Positions 13,578-24,800 of a stretch of 64,000 nt of DNA are shown here, in pieces (the first letter of the stretch is position 1; each line of letters starts with the position of its first letter). The translations under genes and the position numbers were made by a program. This stretch comes from Pristiophorus japonicus. Lineage: Eukaryota. The stretch lies in the NCBI RefSeq assembly GCF_044704955.1, contig NC_091986.1, forward strand, positions 166,408,001 to 166,472,000, read 5' to 3'. Under the pieces are notes generated by a model. That model saw only the letters and a list, made by a program, of their open reading frames with translations. It made no database searches and was not told the origin of the DNA.

Positions 13578-13754
13578 TGACACTCAAGTGATTAAACTGG
13601 ATCTAGATACGATTGGGATTAACAGAGTTGAGAACTTAATTTATTCTTGGTTGGAAGTTATTATATTTTGTTATCAATCGAAGTTTGATTTGGTACACTA
13701 CTAGCCCATTAATTGAAGCAAAGACATTTTATACATTTACAGAAAATTTACAAC

Positions 13755-14606
13755 GAGTAAAAGTTCTTCACACAGAGGGTAATGGAAATCTGGAAATCTC
13801 TCCCCCAAAAAGGTATTGCAGCTAGGTCAATTGAAAATTTCAGAATGGAGATTGCAAGATTTTTGTTTAGTAAGGTGTAAGGGAGAGATGGGAAGGCTTC
13901 CTCTCCCACGAGCGGGCCCACTGATATAGAGGGTCGACGCTCGCCCCAGCCCATGTAGCAATTCTCGAAGTTAGCAGACAGAGACGGATGGCAAAGTATA
14001 ACGATCTTTATTACGAACGTCCGGGAACATCTCTTATCACAGTCGCCTGTGAGTGGAGATGCTCCCCGAACAGCACAATCATACAACTTTTATACATTTC
14101 AAAACCCCTCTGTTGCCGGACAAGACCTCCCTAGATTTCTAATTGAACTACCTTATCAGTGCTACTTCTCTAATTGGACAACCTATTAGTGCTACTTTGG
14201 ATTGACAGGCTAAGACCCTCGTGACCGCTTTAGGCCGTGACTAGAATGACTTCATTAGGTCGGAATTTGTTATACATTTCCTTGGTGCCTGTGAGTCACC
14301 TCGAGCCTCTTATCAATGTCTGTTTAGGTTCTCACATCGTATCCTGTCGGAATATTATTGAATTGATAACTTCTGGAGCCTTGGTACAAGGCCGAAGAGA
14401 GGACTTTTACCTCCTTATGGGCCATTGCAGGAACCAGCACTTTAACCCTTGTCCCGCTGGTACCCCTAATGCCAAATTTCTCTTACATAAGGGTATTAAG
14501 GAATATGGAACCACGGCAGATAAATGCAATTAAGCTACAGATCAACCATGGTCTAACTGAATGGTGGAACTGGCTCGAGGCCTGAATGGCCTAATCCTGT
14601 TCCTAT
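13755..14606 (+). mobile_element. CR1 3' fragment interrupted by a solo LTR
   Basis: TTCTTCACACAGAGGGT...TGGAA and 3' UTR motifs continue on both sides of 13876-14487. Confidence 0.75.
13876..14487 (-). mobile_element. Solo LTR (612 bp)
   Basis: TGTAAGGGAGA...TCTCTTACA inverted ends, perfect 5-bp TSD TAAGG; minus-strand CCAAT 14173-14177, TATAAAA 14088-14094, AATAAA 14007-14012. Confidence 0.85.
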
Positions 14607-17267
14607 CAAGAGTGAAACTGTAATAATTACAATATATACTGCAACTATAAGTCTGGTCATTGTACATTCAATTTATTTTTCATTACTTGAGTAAACAAGA
14701 TGTAGTAAAACTGGGTTTTCTTTATCTATCTATAAATAAAATAGAAAAACTAAAAATTTTCAAAATCTGAAATAAAATTAGAAAATGTTGCCCATCTTTC
14801 ATTTTGTTTAGTCATTAATAATGCGTTTGCTTTTCTTCCAGTTTCTAGTTCAAGAGTTAATACCCAAAATGTTAACCTATCTTTTCTCTTTTTCTATGTG
14901 ACTGGGTCACTTTAGTTCAGTGACAAATAAAGTACAGTAATTTAGGACAATTAAGTATGGGAGAGGGGGAAACAAACTGTTGACACAAAGTCTTTGTTCT
15001 GTAAGATGTGACTAGGAATTGCCCAGTTCCACCTAGTCTGGAAAAAGTGCAGTGGTAAGTAACAAAAATTGTTATGGGGGTAAATTACAGGTGAAATTAA
15101 TGTGCCTGAAGACAAAAGCCTTTTGAAAGACAGAATCTTCCTGGAAGAAAGTCAGATTGGTGAGATCCAAATATTGTCACCAAGTGTTCTATGGCTGGCA
15201 CATCTCAACTCGTTCTCATTGAGGAAGCTTGAGAAGTACCATGTTTCATGTGCTTGAAATACTGAAAGGCATGGATAATGTGGATGTAATGTAGAAGCAT
15301 GAAGCTAAAACAGGCTATCTTCAGCAAAACTCAAGATTAGATGGCATTTTACCCACAGAATATACTTATGTTGATTAATTAGTCTAGATAGGAATTGGAA
15401 GGATGCCTGATTATGAAATGATTGAACTCTTCATCATATACTACATGCTGAAGAAGCTGCGATCAGGTTAGGAATCTTGTACAAATTTTCTGCATCAACT
15501 CCCCGCACCCCACCCACGATTTAACCTTACTCGTCAGCTACTCTTAAGGTCACAACTGAGATCACAGTTAATTGCAACTGACTGTACTATCTTCTATGAC
15601 TCCAAGTGGATAATGCCCTGGATTATGGTAGTGGCTGCCCTATTGGCTTGTAAGTAGTGCCAGGTGGGATAAGCAACTAGATATGAATGGCCACGCATGT
15701 TATGGACAATAAGTGAAAGAAAACAAATGCACTCTCAGGGGCCGAAATTGGTCGACATATAGTTGTCCAAAAGGGTGATTTTGGTCAGAAAACAGCTACA
15801 TACCGCTCGGCGGAATATTCATCAATGACATACCGCCAAGTGGTATGCACACCGTCCGCCATGCAGGACCGCCCGCAGACCGTCCAAAAAGTGTGAGTTT
15901 CATCACATACTGCCGACATACCACCAGAGCTGCATAATGTCCGGGAAAAGGTGGTTTTACGCGATGGTAAGTGGCCAGGGATCGGCGGAGTGCACGGAGC
16001 CCCCATTTTGGAAATCGGGACCTGTCAGCTAAAGCAGCAGCTCTGTATCTCTGAGGTGAAAAGTGATTTTAGAGTGCAAAAGTATATTTACTATTACTGA
16101 GTAAATTATTAAGATAGAAAGGCATTTTATTAATATTTTTTGGATCTCAGCCTGTATTGATGACAACCTGTCTAATGAACCAGATGTGAGGAAGTTTATT
16201 AAGCAGAGGTATAAGGCTCATGGAAAAGTTAGCAGAATGATGAGAAGGTTGTGATGTATGTAGCACTCAAATCACTGATGCCACAGTCTGGTGTTGTAGT
16301 AACTGCTGTGACCTTAGTCCTTTATTGTGTAACTCCAGAGTGCCTCTCAGGTGTGGTGGGCAGCCTTTTATACTCTGTCTTGCAGGTACTTTCAGGTCTC
16401 CCACCACAGCGCCCTCTATGGCGCACCATTGTAACCCTACATTTAATGTACCTGGACAATACATAACATCTCACTCCCCCCCCCCAGTTCCAAAAGCCAT
16501 TGCCGTTAACTTCGGCCTTGTGCGTCCTGGTTGATTTGTGAGTGTGAGTCCATGGCCATCCACTTCCCTCTTCTACCCCATGTAGAGATTATGCTTGTGA
16601 TCCGGTGCAAGCATGTGGTATTAGCAGTCCTTACATGAGTGATGAAGTACAGAAACCAGGTATACATAGACAGTACATTTGTATGGTACATATAGATGCA
16701 TTGAAGAATTATAACAAAAGGTTGCAGGTACACTGAACAGTTATTTAATCCCAGCTTCACTGGGTGAGGTACGGTGGTGGCATACAGCCCCTTTTTGCCC
16801 GAGGTAATGGGCTGCGCTGAGACAGGGTATCACAACTAGTGCGTTGCCTCTGTTCTCAGAAAGTAGTTGCCTTTGTGGCTCATCTGCAGCCGCTGAACTT
16901 GCATGAATCACATAAAATCGGAAATCACATTAATCCATTAGTCATGTTAGTCACAGATCCATTAACCCTTTTACTTGTACCTCATGGTATTAACTCTTTC
17001 CATAAATCATATCCATCATTTTAAACACAGTAATCATTTCAGCATCAAAATCTTAACTCTTGTCATAAATCACGTCATCATACAAATCACATTACTCATT
17101 TAGACTCGCTCTTGCCTTACAAAAGTCTCTTTGTGGAGACCACCAACGGTGTAAGGTCCTTTTAAGACTCCCGGGTACATTTCCCTTTTAAGACGCCATC
17201 TTGTTTTTCCCACGAGGCTTCCACTGGGCGTCGCCATTTTAGGTGTTCTGTTTGTCTTTCTCTGCAG

Positions 17268-17694
17268 AACTATGCTGCCACGAGGCTTGCCAGCATCTTG
17301 AGCTCGCTGTGCCCCTTTACATTGAAACAACTCTGCCAACAGTTGCAGCCGATTACAGAAAAGGAGGTTCCAAGCCAAAAGAAACGTAACGTACCTGAAG
17401 AAGTGGTACAGAAAAGGCATAGGTTAAATGCTCATTTTGTTGAGGAGGAGCTTCCTGCAATTACTGAACCAATTGAGGATGTGAGTGGCTTGACTGCACT
17501 GCTGAACGAGTTTGAGAAGAAAAATGTGAATCCCGTTTCTGCTCTACATCTATTTTGCAAGCGCAGAGGATGTCGTCTGCATTTCCAAGAGGTTTCTGGC
17601 ATGACATGTTACTCTCTTCGTGCAGTTGTGGATGGGGTTAAAGAAGGAATAGGTGTCAGCAAAAAAAACGGCTAAGAACAATTGTGCTGAAGCC
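17268..17694 (+). pseudogene. Antisense cargo exon with ADAD1-like dsRNA-binding domain (1-nt insertion in A8 run, C-terminal helix truncated)
   Basis: NPVSALHLFCKRRG...AVVDG...GIGVSKK/TAKNNCAEA; polypyrimidine-CAG acceptor ending 17267 is in phase 0 with the open frame. Confidence 0.75.
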
Positions 17695-17890
17695 GAAACC
17701 ACGAGACGCTTGGGTGTCATTGATCACTCGTACCTCGGAGATCTGCCGGTACCTGGAGAGAACTTCTTCCAGGGCGTCCTTGATCACTCACACCTCAGAG
17801 ATCTGCCCGTAATTGGAGAGCACTTCTTCCAGGGCCTGCTCGTCTGTGTCGAGATTTAGACCTCCGATGAACAGCTTTCCTTCTCCGGAC
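17689..17890 (-). pseudogene. CIRBP/RBM3-like RRM fragment with a 60-bp internal duplication
   Basis: [35 protein letters not shown] / ALEEVLSRYRQISEVRVINDTQASRGFGF: RNP2 LFIGGL and partial RNP1 RGFGF. Confidence 0.85.
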
Positions 17891-18177
17891 CCTTTTGCGA
17901 GGTTGGTTTGCTGGGTGTTTTCCCTGCTGAACTCTAGCCTGTTGCTGCCTACCAGTTCACTCTCGACTCTCTCTTGGGATCCACCACACTTCGACCGCAC
18001 CCAGGAGCCACAACACACCGGCCCCCACACCGCCACATCCTCCGGAGCCGGCCTCTGCCCGCGGGCCGACGGTGCCTGCTGGAGCAGCCCGTCGAAGCCC
18101 TTCTCTCTCCTCCAGCTCGGTCGGCACTGCTCTTTGGGAACCCGGGGGACAGCGGTCTGTGGAGGAATGAAGTCTTC

Positions 18178-19409
18178 CTAGCTCCCATGGACCTTCCCCA
18201 TCCACCTCCTGCCAAGTAGCGTCGGCCCATCACCTGCAATGATCCACAAAGGTAAACCGTGTGTCTCACCCCGTGAGATACCTGCACATCCGCTCTGCCA
18301 AGAACAGGTATCCGTTCCTTGGTGTAGGTGCGCAGCTTTGCCGTGTCCGGGACCAGCTTGGGTCGTGCAGCTGGGTTGATCCACAGTTTATCAAAAGTTT
18401 CCTGACTCATCAGCGACTGACCCGATCCAGTGTCCACTTCCATACTCACTGGGCCACCATTAATCTTGACTTCCAAAACCACTGGGGTCGAATCGTTGGT
18501 ACAAGTATACAGTCCAAACGCCTCATCTTCTTCTACCTGCTCCTCGCTGGATGGTGGATCATCTACCATCTCCTCAGCCACATGGTGAGTTAGGTTTCTT
18601 TTGCACATACGCTGAAGGTGGCCTTTCGTGTGGCAGGTATTGCACATATACTCTGTAAACCTGCACCAGTGAGCCCCATGGCTTCCTCCGCAGCACCAGC
18701 ATGGTGCTACTCGATTAGCCCCCCTCGGCGGACTCTGAGTTCCAGGACCCCGAGTTCCGTGCTCTCTGCCCTGGGCAGAGCCACATTCTGCAGTTTTGTC
18801 CGTGACGGGCACTATCCTGTGGACAGTGCCTGCCGGGTTCGAGACTGTGTGGGTCATCTGCTTGGTGCTGCAAATCAAGGTCATAAATACCCTGCTGATG
18901 TTGATGGCTTGCTGCAGACTGACTGCAGGTTCAGTGGCTAGCAGCTTGTGAAGGAGACCCTCATGGCCAATCCCCATAATAAAAACGTCTCGCAACGCCT
19001 CGTCAAGGTGCGTGCCAAAATCACATGGCACCGCGAGTCTCCTGATGTCTGCAGCATATTTGGTGACATCCTGGTCCTCAGGTCTGCAGTGGTGGTAGAA
19101 TTTGTGCCTGGCCGTGAGGATGCTCTCCTTCGGTTTCAGTTGGTCACGAATGAGTTCAATCAGCTCCTCATATGACTTGTCCTTGGTGCTCGCAGGTGCC
19201 AGCAAATCCCTGACGAGACAGTAAACCTCATCACCACAACTGGACAGCAATATCGCCTTACGCTTCTCTCTCAGTGCGTCCGTGTCCCCCGTCAGGTCAT
19301 TTGCTATAAAGTAGTACTCGAGCCTTTCCGTAAAGGCCTCCCAATCATTATCCACTGTAAAATCCTTTAGCGAGCCCAGAGTAGCCATGGTTGCATGAAG
19401 CTCGCCCAT
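18178..19409 (-). pseudogene. Gypsy gag + aspartic protease (one frameshift near 18270)
   Basis: DWEAFTERLEYYF, two CCHC knuckles (CWCCGGSHGAHWC, CNTCHTKGHLQRMC), VDTGS, and LLGRRW in the shifted frame. Confidence 0.92.
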
Positions 19410-19649
19410 GTCCTCGTCGCCAATGTAATGTATGTAGCACTAAGATCACTGACTCCACACAGTCTGGTGTTGTAGTAACTGCTGTGACCTTAGTCCTTTA
19501 TTGTGTAACTCCAGAGTGCCTCTCAGGTGTGGTGGGCAGCCTTTTATACTCTGTCTTGCAGGTACTTTCAGGTCTCCCACCACAACGCCCTCTGTGGCGC
19601 ACCATTGTAACCATACATTTAATGTACCTGGACAATACATAACAAAGGT

Positions 19650-20610
19650 CTTACCGCAAAGGATCTTGAGGGAGAAGTGTTCATACTTGGACCTGATCGA
19701 TCGACAGTGTGTCCAAAGGCTGCGCTTCCGAAAAGAGATCATCACACAGATTTGCCAGCTCATTAAGGCAGACCTGCAGCCCGATAGCACCAATATTACT
19801 GCACTCTGTTGAGATGAAGGTGACTGGCACTTTCCTTTTATGCATGTGGGTCTTTTCAATCATCAGCTGGGGACATATGCGCTATTTCGCAGTACGCTAC
19901 TCGTCGGTGCATTCGACAGGTAACCGAAGCACTGTATGACGATGGATGGAATTTATAAACTTCCCAATGACGAGGGAGGCTCAGAGTGACAGGGCTTTGG
20001 GATTTGCACGCATTGCTGGCTTCCCTAAGGTGCAGGGTGCTATTGACTGTACCCATATTGCCCTGCAAGCACCATTACAGGAGGCGAGCACCATTACAGG
20101 AGGCGGAGGTGTACCGAAATCGTAAGGGATTTCACTCCCTCAACATGCAGCTGGTATGCGACCATACACAGCGCATAATGGCAGTGAATGTCAACTTTCC
20201 AGGGAGCATCCATGATGCGCATATCTTACAGGAGAGTACTGTGTCTGACCTGTTGAAGTCTGCGCCACAAGGTAAATTCTGGATGCTGGCCGACAAAGGG
20301 TATAGCCTCGCTACCTGGCTTTTGCCCCCCCTAAGGAACCCTCACACAGAACCCGAGCAACGATACAATAAAAGCTATATAGCCACACATAACATAATTG
20401 AAGACAATTGGAGTGCTGAAGCAGTGCTTTCGGTGCTTGGACCACTTGGGAGGCAGGCTGCAATACTACCCTGAGCAGTTGCTAAGTTCACAATGATATG
20501 CTGCATGTTGCATAATTTAGCAATCATGTGGGGACAGGAATTGCCACAGGGAACTGAAGGACCATCTGAGGAGAGTGCAGGAGATGGAGGAGGAAGAAGA
20601 CAATGAGGGG
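19650..20610 (+). pseudogene. Harbinger DDE transposase, frameshifted; 5' part lies before 16250
   Basis: QRLRFRKEII, YRNRKGFHSLNMQLVCD, PGSIHDAHIL, LADKGY. Confidence 0.88.
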
Positions 20611-20645
20611 CAGGAGGATGACGAGGAGCTTGCAGATGAACCCAT

Positions 20646-21220
20646 ATCATCATCATAGGCAGTCCCTCGAAATGAGGATGACTTGCTTCCACACCAAAAA
20701 ATAGGATGCGTTCACAGGTGTTTCGAATGAAGAACCTGAACTACATCCTCAAGGGTGCAAGATAACTATGCGTGGATTTTTTTAACGTGTGGTGGTCGTT
20801 GCACTCCAACCACCACACAAGTTTGACAGAGCTAGGTCTTGGTCCAGTGGCAAGGATTACCCAAGACAACTGGAGACCTGCTCTGCTGCACAGACCTAGT
20901 GCGCACACAAATCGGTGTGGGCTGGCTCGTGCTGCCCTCGGGCCCCTGGCCCCGAACTCACGCCTTCCCTGGGCCCCGATCACATCCTTCCAGTCTCTCA
21001 CAGCTTCTTCGCCCCAATCTCACCGCTCCTGCTGCATCTGCCCACGCTCCAATCACTGATCTGGACCTTGCTGACGTCACTCTTCGCTGCCATTGCCCTC
21101 CTGCACCAGCTCGCGCTGTACCTTGTAGTGGTATGCCTCCACGCAGTCCAGGTTCCGCACACCACTTCTTTTATGGCCTCGACCTGCCGCTGATGGTTTC
21201 TCGCAGGTCAGGGCCTCCAT
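20646..21220 (-). mobile_element. Short RTE-tailed non-autonomous retroelement
   Basis: 3' end GGAAGCAAGTCATCCTC..GAGGGACTGCCTATGATGATG shared with the RTE LINEs at 31226 and 61629; body shared with copies at 39026 and 60125. Confidence 0.8.
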
Positions 21221-21842
21221 AGCACCACCCCCAACACCACAGCAGAGGGCACGTGGAGTGTGTGCCACTGCAAAATTCTTAAGTCAGCAGTTCATTACTG
21301 AACGCTTTGCTTGAATGTGGAGCTGCTGCATTTTGGGACCCTCATGACTGTTACCCCAAAAGTTTGACACTGTACAAGAGTGGTTAAATTCAATTCAAAC
21401 ATTTATCTAAAAATTTTAAAAAATACAATTTCCAAACTTTGTAAAAATTAACAGCTGTTTTTACAACTTTAATAAAAAATGTAACAAAACTTACAAAACT
21501 TTAACAAACATTTTATAACTTTAATAACAAACCCTTTACTTTCCCCACCCACGCCCTCTGTCCCTTCCGCGGCCGCGTGATACACCACCCTTGGAACTAT
21601 TCTCCCCTTTCTTATTGCCGTCCTTCCCTTTCACGATGCCCGTGGGCATGGACATCCCCAGGTATATACCAAGCCAGCGTCCAGCACCGCACCCCAAGTG
21701 CCATTGCTGTCGTTTGGGGGGGGGGGGGGCGGGAGAGTGAGACATTGCAGGCGCAATAACTGGTGCCTCAGGAGAAGCTCGTGAGGATGGTGAGGCTTCA
21801 GAGCTGGGAGATGATGTCAGCTCTCCATCCTCAGATGCCGTC

Positions 21843-24800
21843 TGTTGTGTATCTGTAAAGCATGCACTCCCATGTTCCGCCACCAGGGAGCTCATCCCCT
21901 GAAGTCCCAAGAGATCCCAGCATCTTCTGGCTCCGGTGAAACCCACAGATAAGTCGTATGAGGAGCTGTGTACACTGGTTCGGGAGCATCTTAATCCGAG
22001 GGAGAGCGTGCTGATGGCGATGTATCGGTTCTACACGTGCCAGCAATCTGAAGATCAGGAAATGGCGAGCTACGTCGCCGAGCTAAGGCGACTTGCAGGA
22101 CAATGTGAGTTTGATGGCTACCTGGAGCAGATGCTCAGAGACTTTTTTGTACTGGGCATTGGCCACGAGACCATCCTACGAAAACTTTTGACTGTGGAGA
22201 CACCGACCCTCAGTAAGGCCATTGCGATAACACAGGTGAATATGTCCACCAGTGATAACATCAAACAAATCTCTCAGCATTACAAGTGCTAGCAATGTTC
22301 ATAAATTAACTGGAATTGTGTTTGTGAGCCGAAATGTACAGGGCAGAAACCACGAGTCTGCAACTGCCAGCAGGCCTCAGGTGACCCAGATGACTGAGTC
22401 CGCAACAAAGGATGAATGCAAGGCAGTTCACACCTTGTTGGCGTTGTGGAGGCTTCCATTCAGCCGATTCATGCTGCTTCAAAGGGTATGTTTGCAAGAG
22501 CTGTGAAACAATGGGGCACCTCCAACGAGCTTGCAAACGAGCTGCAAGATCTGCAAAACCTGCTAACCACCACGTGGCAGAGGAAGATCGGTCCATGGTG
22601 GATCAAAGCAATTTCGAGCCTCAGAGAGGAGGCAGATGCTGAAGTACATGGGGTGCACACTTTTTCGACGAAATGTCCACCTATAATGCTAAATGTAAAA
22701 TTGAATGGCTTATCTGTACCCATGGAACTGGACACTGGCGCTAGCCAATCCATCACGAGTAAAAAGATGTTTGAGAGACTGTGGTGCAACAAGGCATTCA
22801 GACCAGCCCTGAGCCCCATCCACACGAAACTGAGAACGTACACCAAAGAGCTTATCACGGTCCTGGGCAGCGCCATGGTCAAGGTCACCTACACGTGCAC
22901 GTGCACGAACTGCCACTCTGGATTGTCCTGGGAGATGGCCCCACACTGCTTGGAAGGAGCTGGCTGGGCAAAATCCACTGGAACTGGGATGACATCCGAG
23001 CTCTATCACATGTCGATGAGGCCTCATGTACCCAGGTTCTTCACAAATTTCCTTCCGTTTTTGAGCCAGGCATTGGAAACTTTTCCGGGGCGAAGGTGCG
23101 GATCCAATTGGTCCCAGAGGCATGACCCATTCACCTCAAAGCGCGAGCGGTACCTCACATGATAAGGGAGAGAGTGGAAATCGAGCTGGACAGGCTGCAA
23201 CGCGAGGGCATCATCTCCCCAGTGGAATTCAGCCAGTGGGCCAGCCCGATTGTTCCAGTACTCAAAAGTGATGGCACGGTCAGGATTTGCGGCGATTATA
23301 AAGTAGCTATTAATCGTTTATCGCTACAGGACCAATACCTGCTACCTAAGGCAGACGACCTATTTGCGACGCTTGCAGGAGGCAAGACATTCACCAAGCT
23401 CGACCTGACTTCGGCCTACATGACGCAGGAGCTGGAGGAGTCTTCGAAGGGCCTCATCTGCATCAACACGCACAAGGGACTGTTCATCTACAACAGATGC
23501 CCATTTGGAATTCGGTCGGTTGCAGCGCTCTTCCAGAGAAACATGGAGAACCTACTCAAGTCGATACCACACACAGTGGTCTTTCTGGACGACATATTGG
23601 TCACGGGTCGGGCCCTACACGTGTAATTGCGCAAAGGTGAGAACTGGGTATGGGGAAAAAAAACAAGTAATTGCTTTTGAGAAAGCTAGAAATATTTTAT
23701 GCTCCAACAAGTTGCTTGTATTGAATAAGCCGTGTAAAAGACATGTGCTAGCATGTGACGCGTCGCCGTACGGAGTCGGGTGTGTATTACAAGCTAACAT
23801 TGCGGGGAAGTTGCAACCTGTCGCCTATGCTTCCAGGAGCTTGTCTAAGGCCGAGAGGGCCTACAGCATGATTGAGAAAGAGGCATTAGCGTGTGTGTTC
23901 GGTGTAAATAAAATGCATCAGTGCCTGTTTGGCCTCAAATTTGAGCTGGAAACCGATCACAAGCCCCTCACATCCCTGTTCGCTGAAAACAAGGGGATAA
24001 ATACTAATGCCTCAGCCCGCATACAAAGGTGGGCACTCGCGCTATCAGCTTTTAGCTATAATCATCCTCCACAGGCACCGAGAACTGTGCGGATGCTCTC
24101 AGTCGGCCACCATTGCCCACCACGGGGGTGGAAATGGCGCAGCCTGCAAACTTGTTGATGGTGGCACAGCCCGCAGACTTGTTGATGATCATGGAAGCGT
24201 TTGAAAATGATAAATCACCTGTCACGGCCCATCAGATTAGGACTTTGACCAGCCAAAATCCTCTGCTGTCCCTAATAAAAAAACTGTTCACTGCATGGGA
24301 ACTGGGCCAGCATCCCTGTTGAAATGCAAGAGCTAATCAAGCCATTCCAGCGGTGAAAGGACGAGCTGTCCATTCAGTCAGACTGCCTGTTGTGGGGTAA
24401 TCACGTAGTGCTACCAAAAAAGGGCAGGGAGACGTTCATCTCGGATCTCCACAGCACACACCCGGGTATAGTAATGATGAAAGCGATAGCCAGATCCCAC
24501 GTGTGGTGGCCCGGTATCGACTCTGACTTAGAGTCCTGTGTACGGCAATGCAGCATATGTGCTCAGTTGAGCAACGCGCCCAGAGAGGCACCACTAAGTT
24601 TGTGGTCCTGGCCCTCCAGACCATGGTCGAGGATCCATGTCGACTATGCGGGCCTGTTTCTCGGTAAAATGTTCCTGGTGGTGGTGGATGCTTTTTCAAA
24701 ATGGATTGAACGTGAAATAATGTCGGGAAGCACCGCCACCGCCACCATTGAAAGCCTGGGGGCCATGTTTGCCACCCACGGCCTGCCTGACATACTGATC

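Larger units (their letters stand above)
16250..19644 (-). mobile_element. Non-autonomous Gypsy LTR retrotransposon (gag-protease + RRM and dsRBD cargo)
   Basis: LTRs 16250-16468 and 19424-19644 (TG..CA), TSD AAGGT, PBS TGGCGACGAGGA 19411-19422 (tRNA-Ser(GCU)-like), PPT 16469-16485; no RT, RNase H or integrase core. Confidence 0.95.

Noticed and set aside
17661-17669. A AAA AAC slippery heptamer as a programmed -1 frameshift completing the dsRBD
   Set aside because: Restoring KKTAK needs a +1 shift; a homopolymer insertion or sequencing error is simpler.
17716-17835. CRISPR-like or regulatory repeat array
   Set aside because: Only a two-copy 60-bp coding duplication in eukaryotic DNA; no spacers.
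17949-18270. C-terminal part of the 486-aa ORF as a real Gag extension
   Set aside because: It is out-of-frame read-through after a 1-nt deletion near 18270; protease homology continues in another frame.
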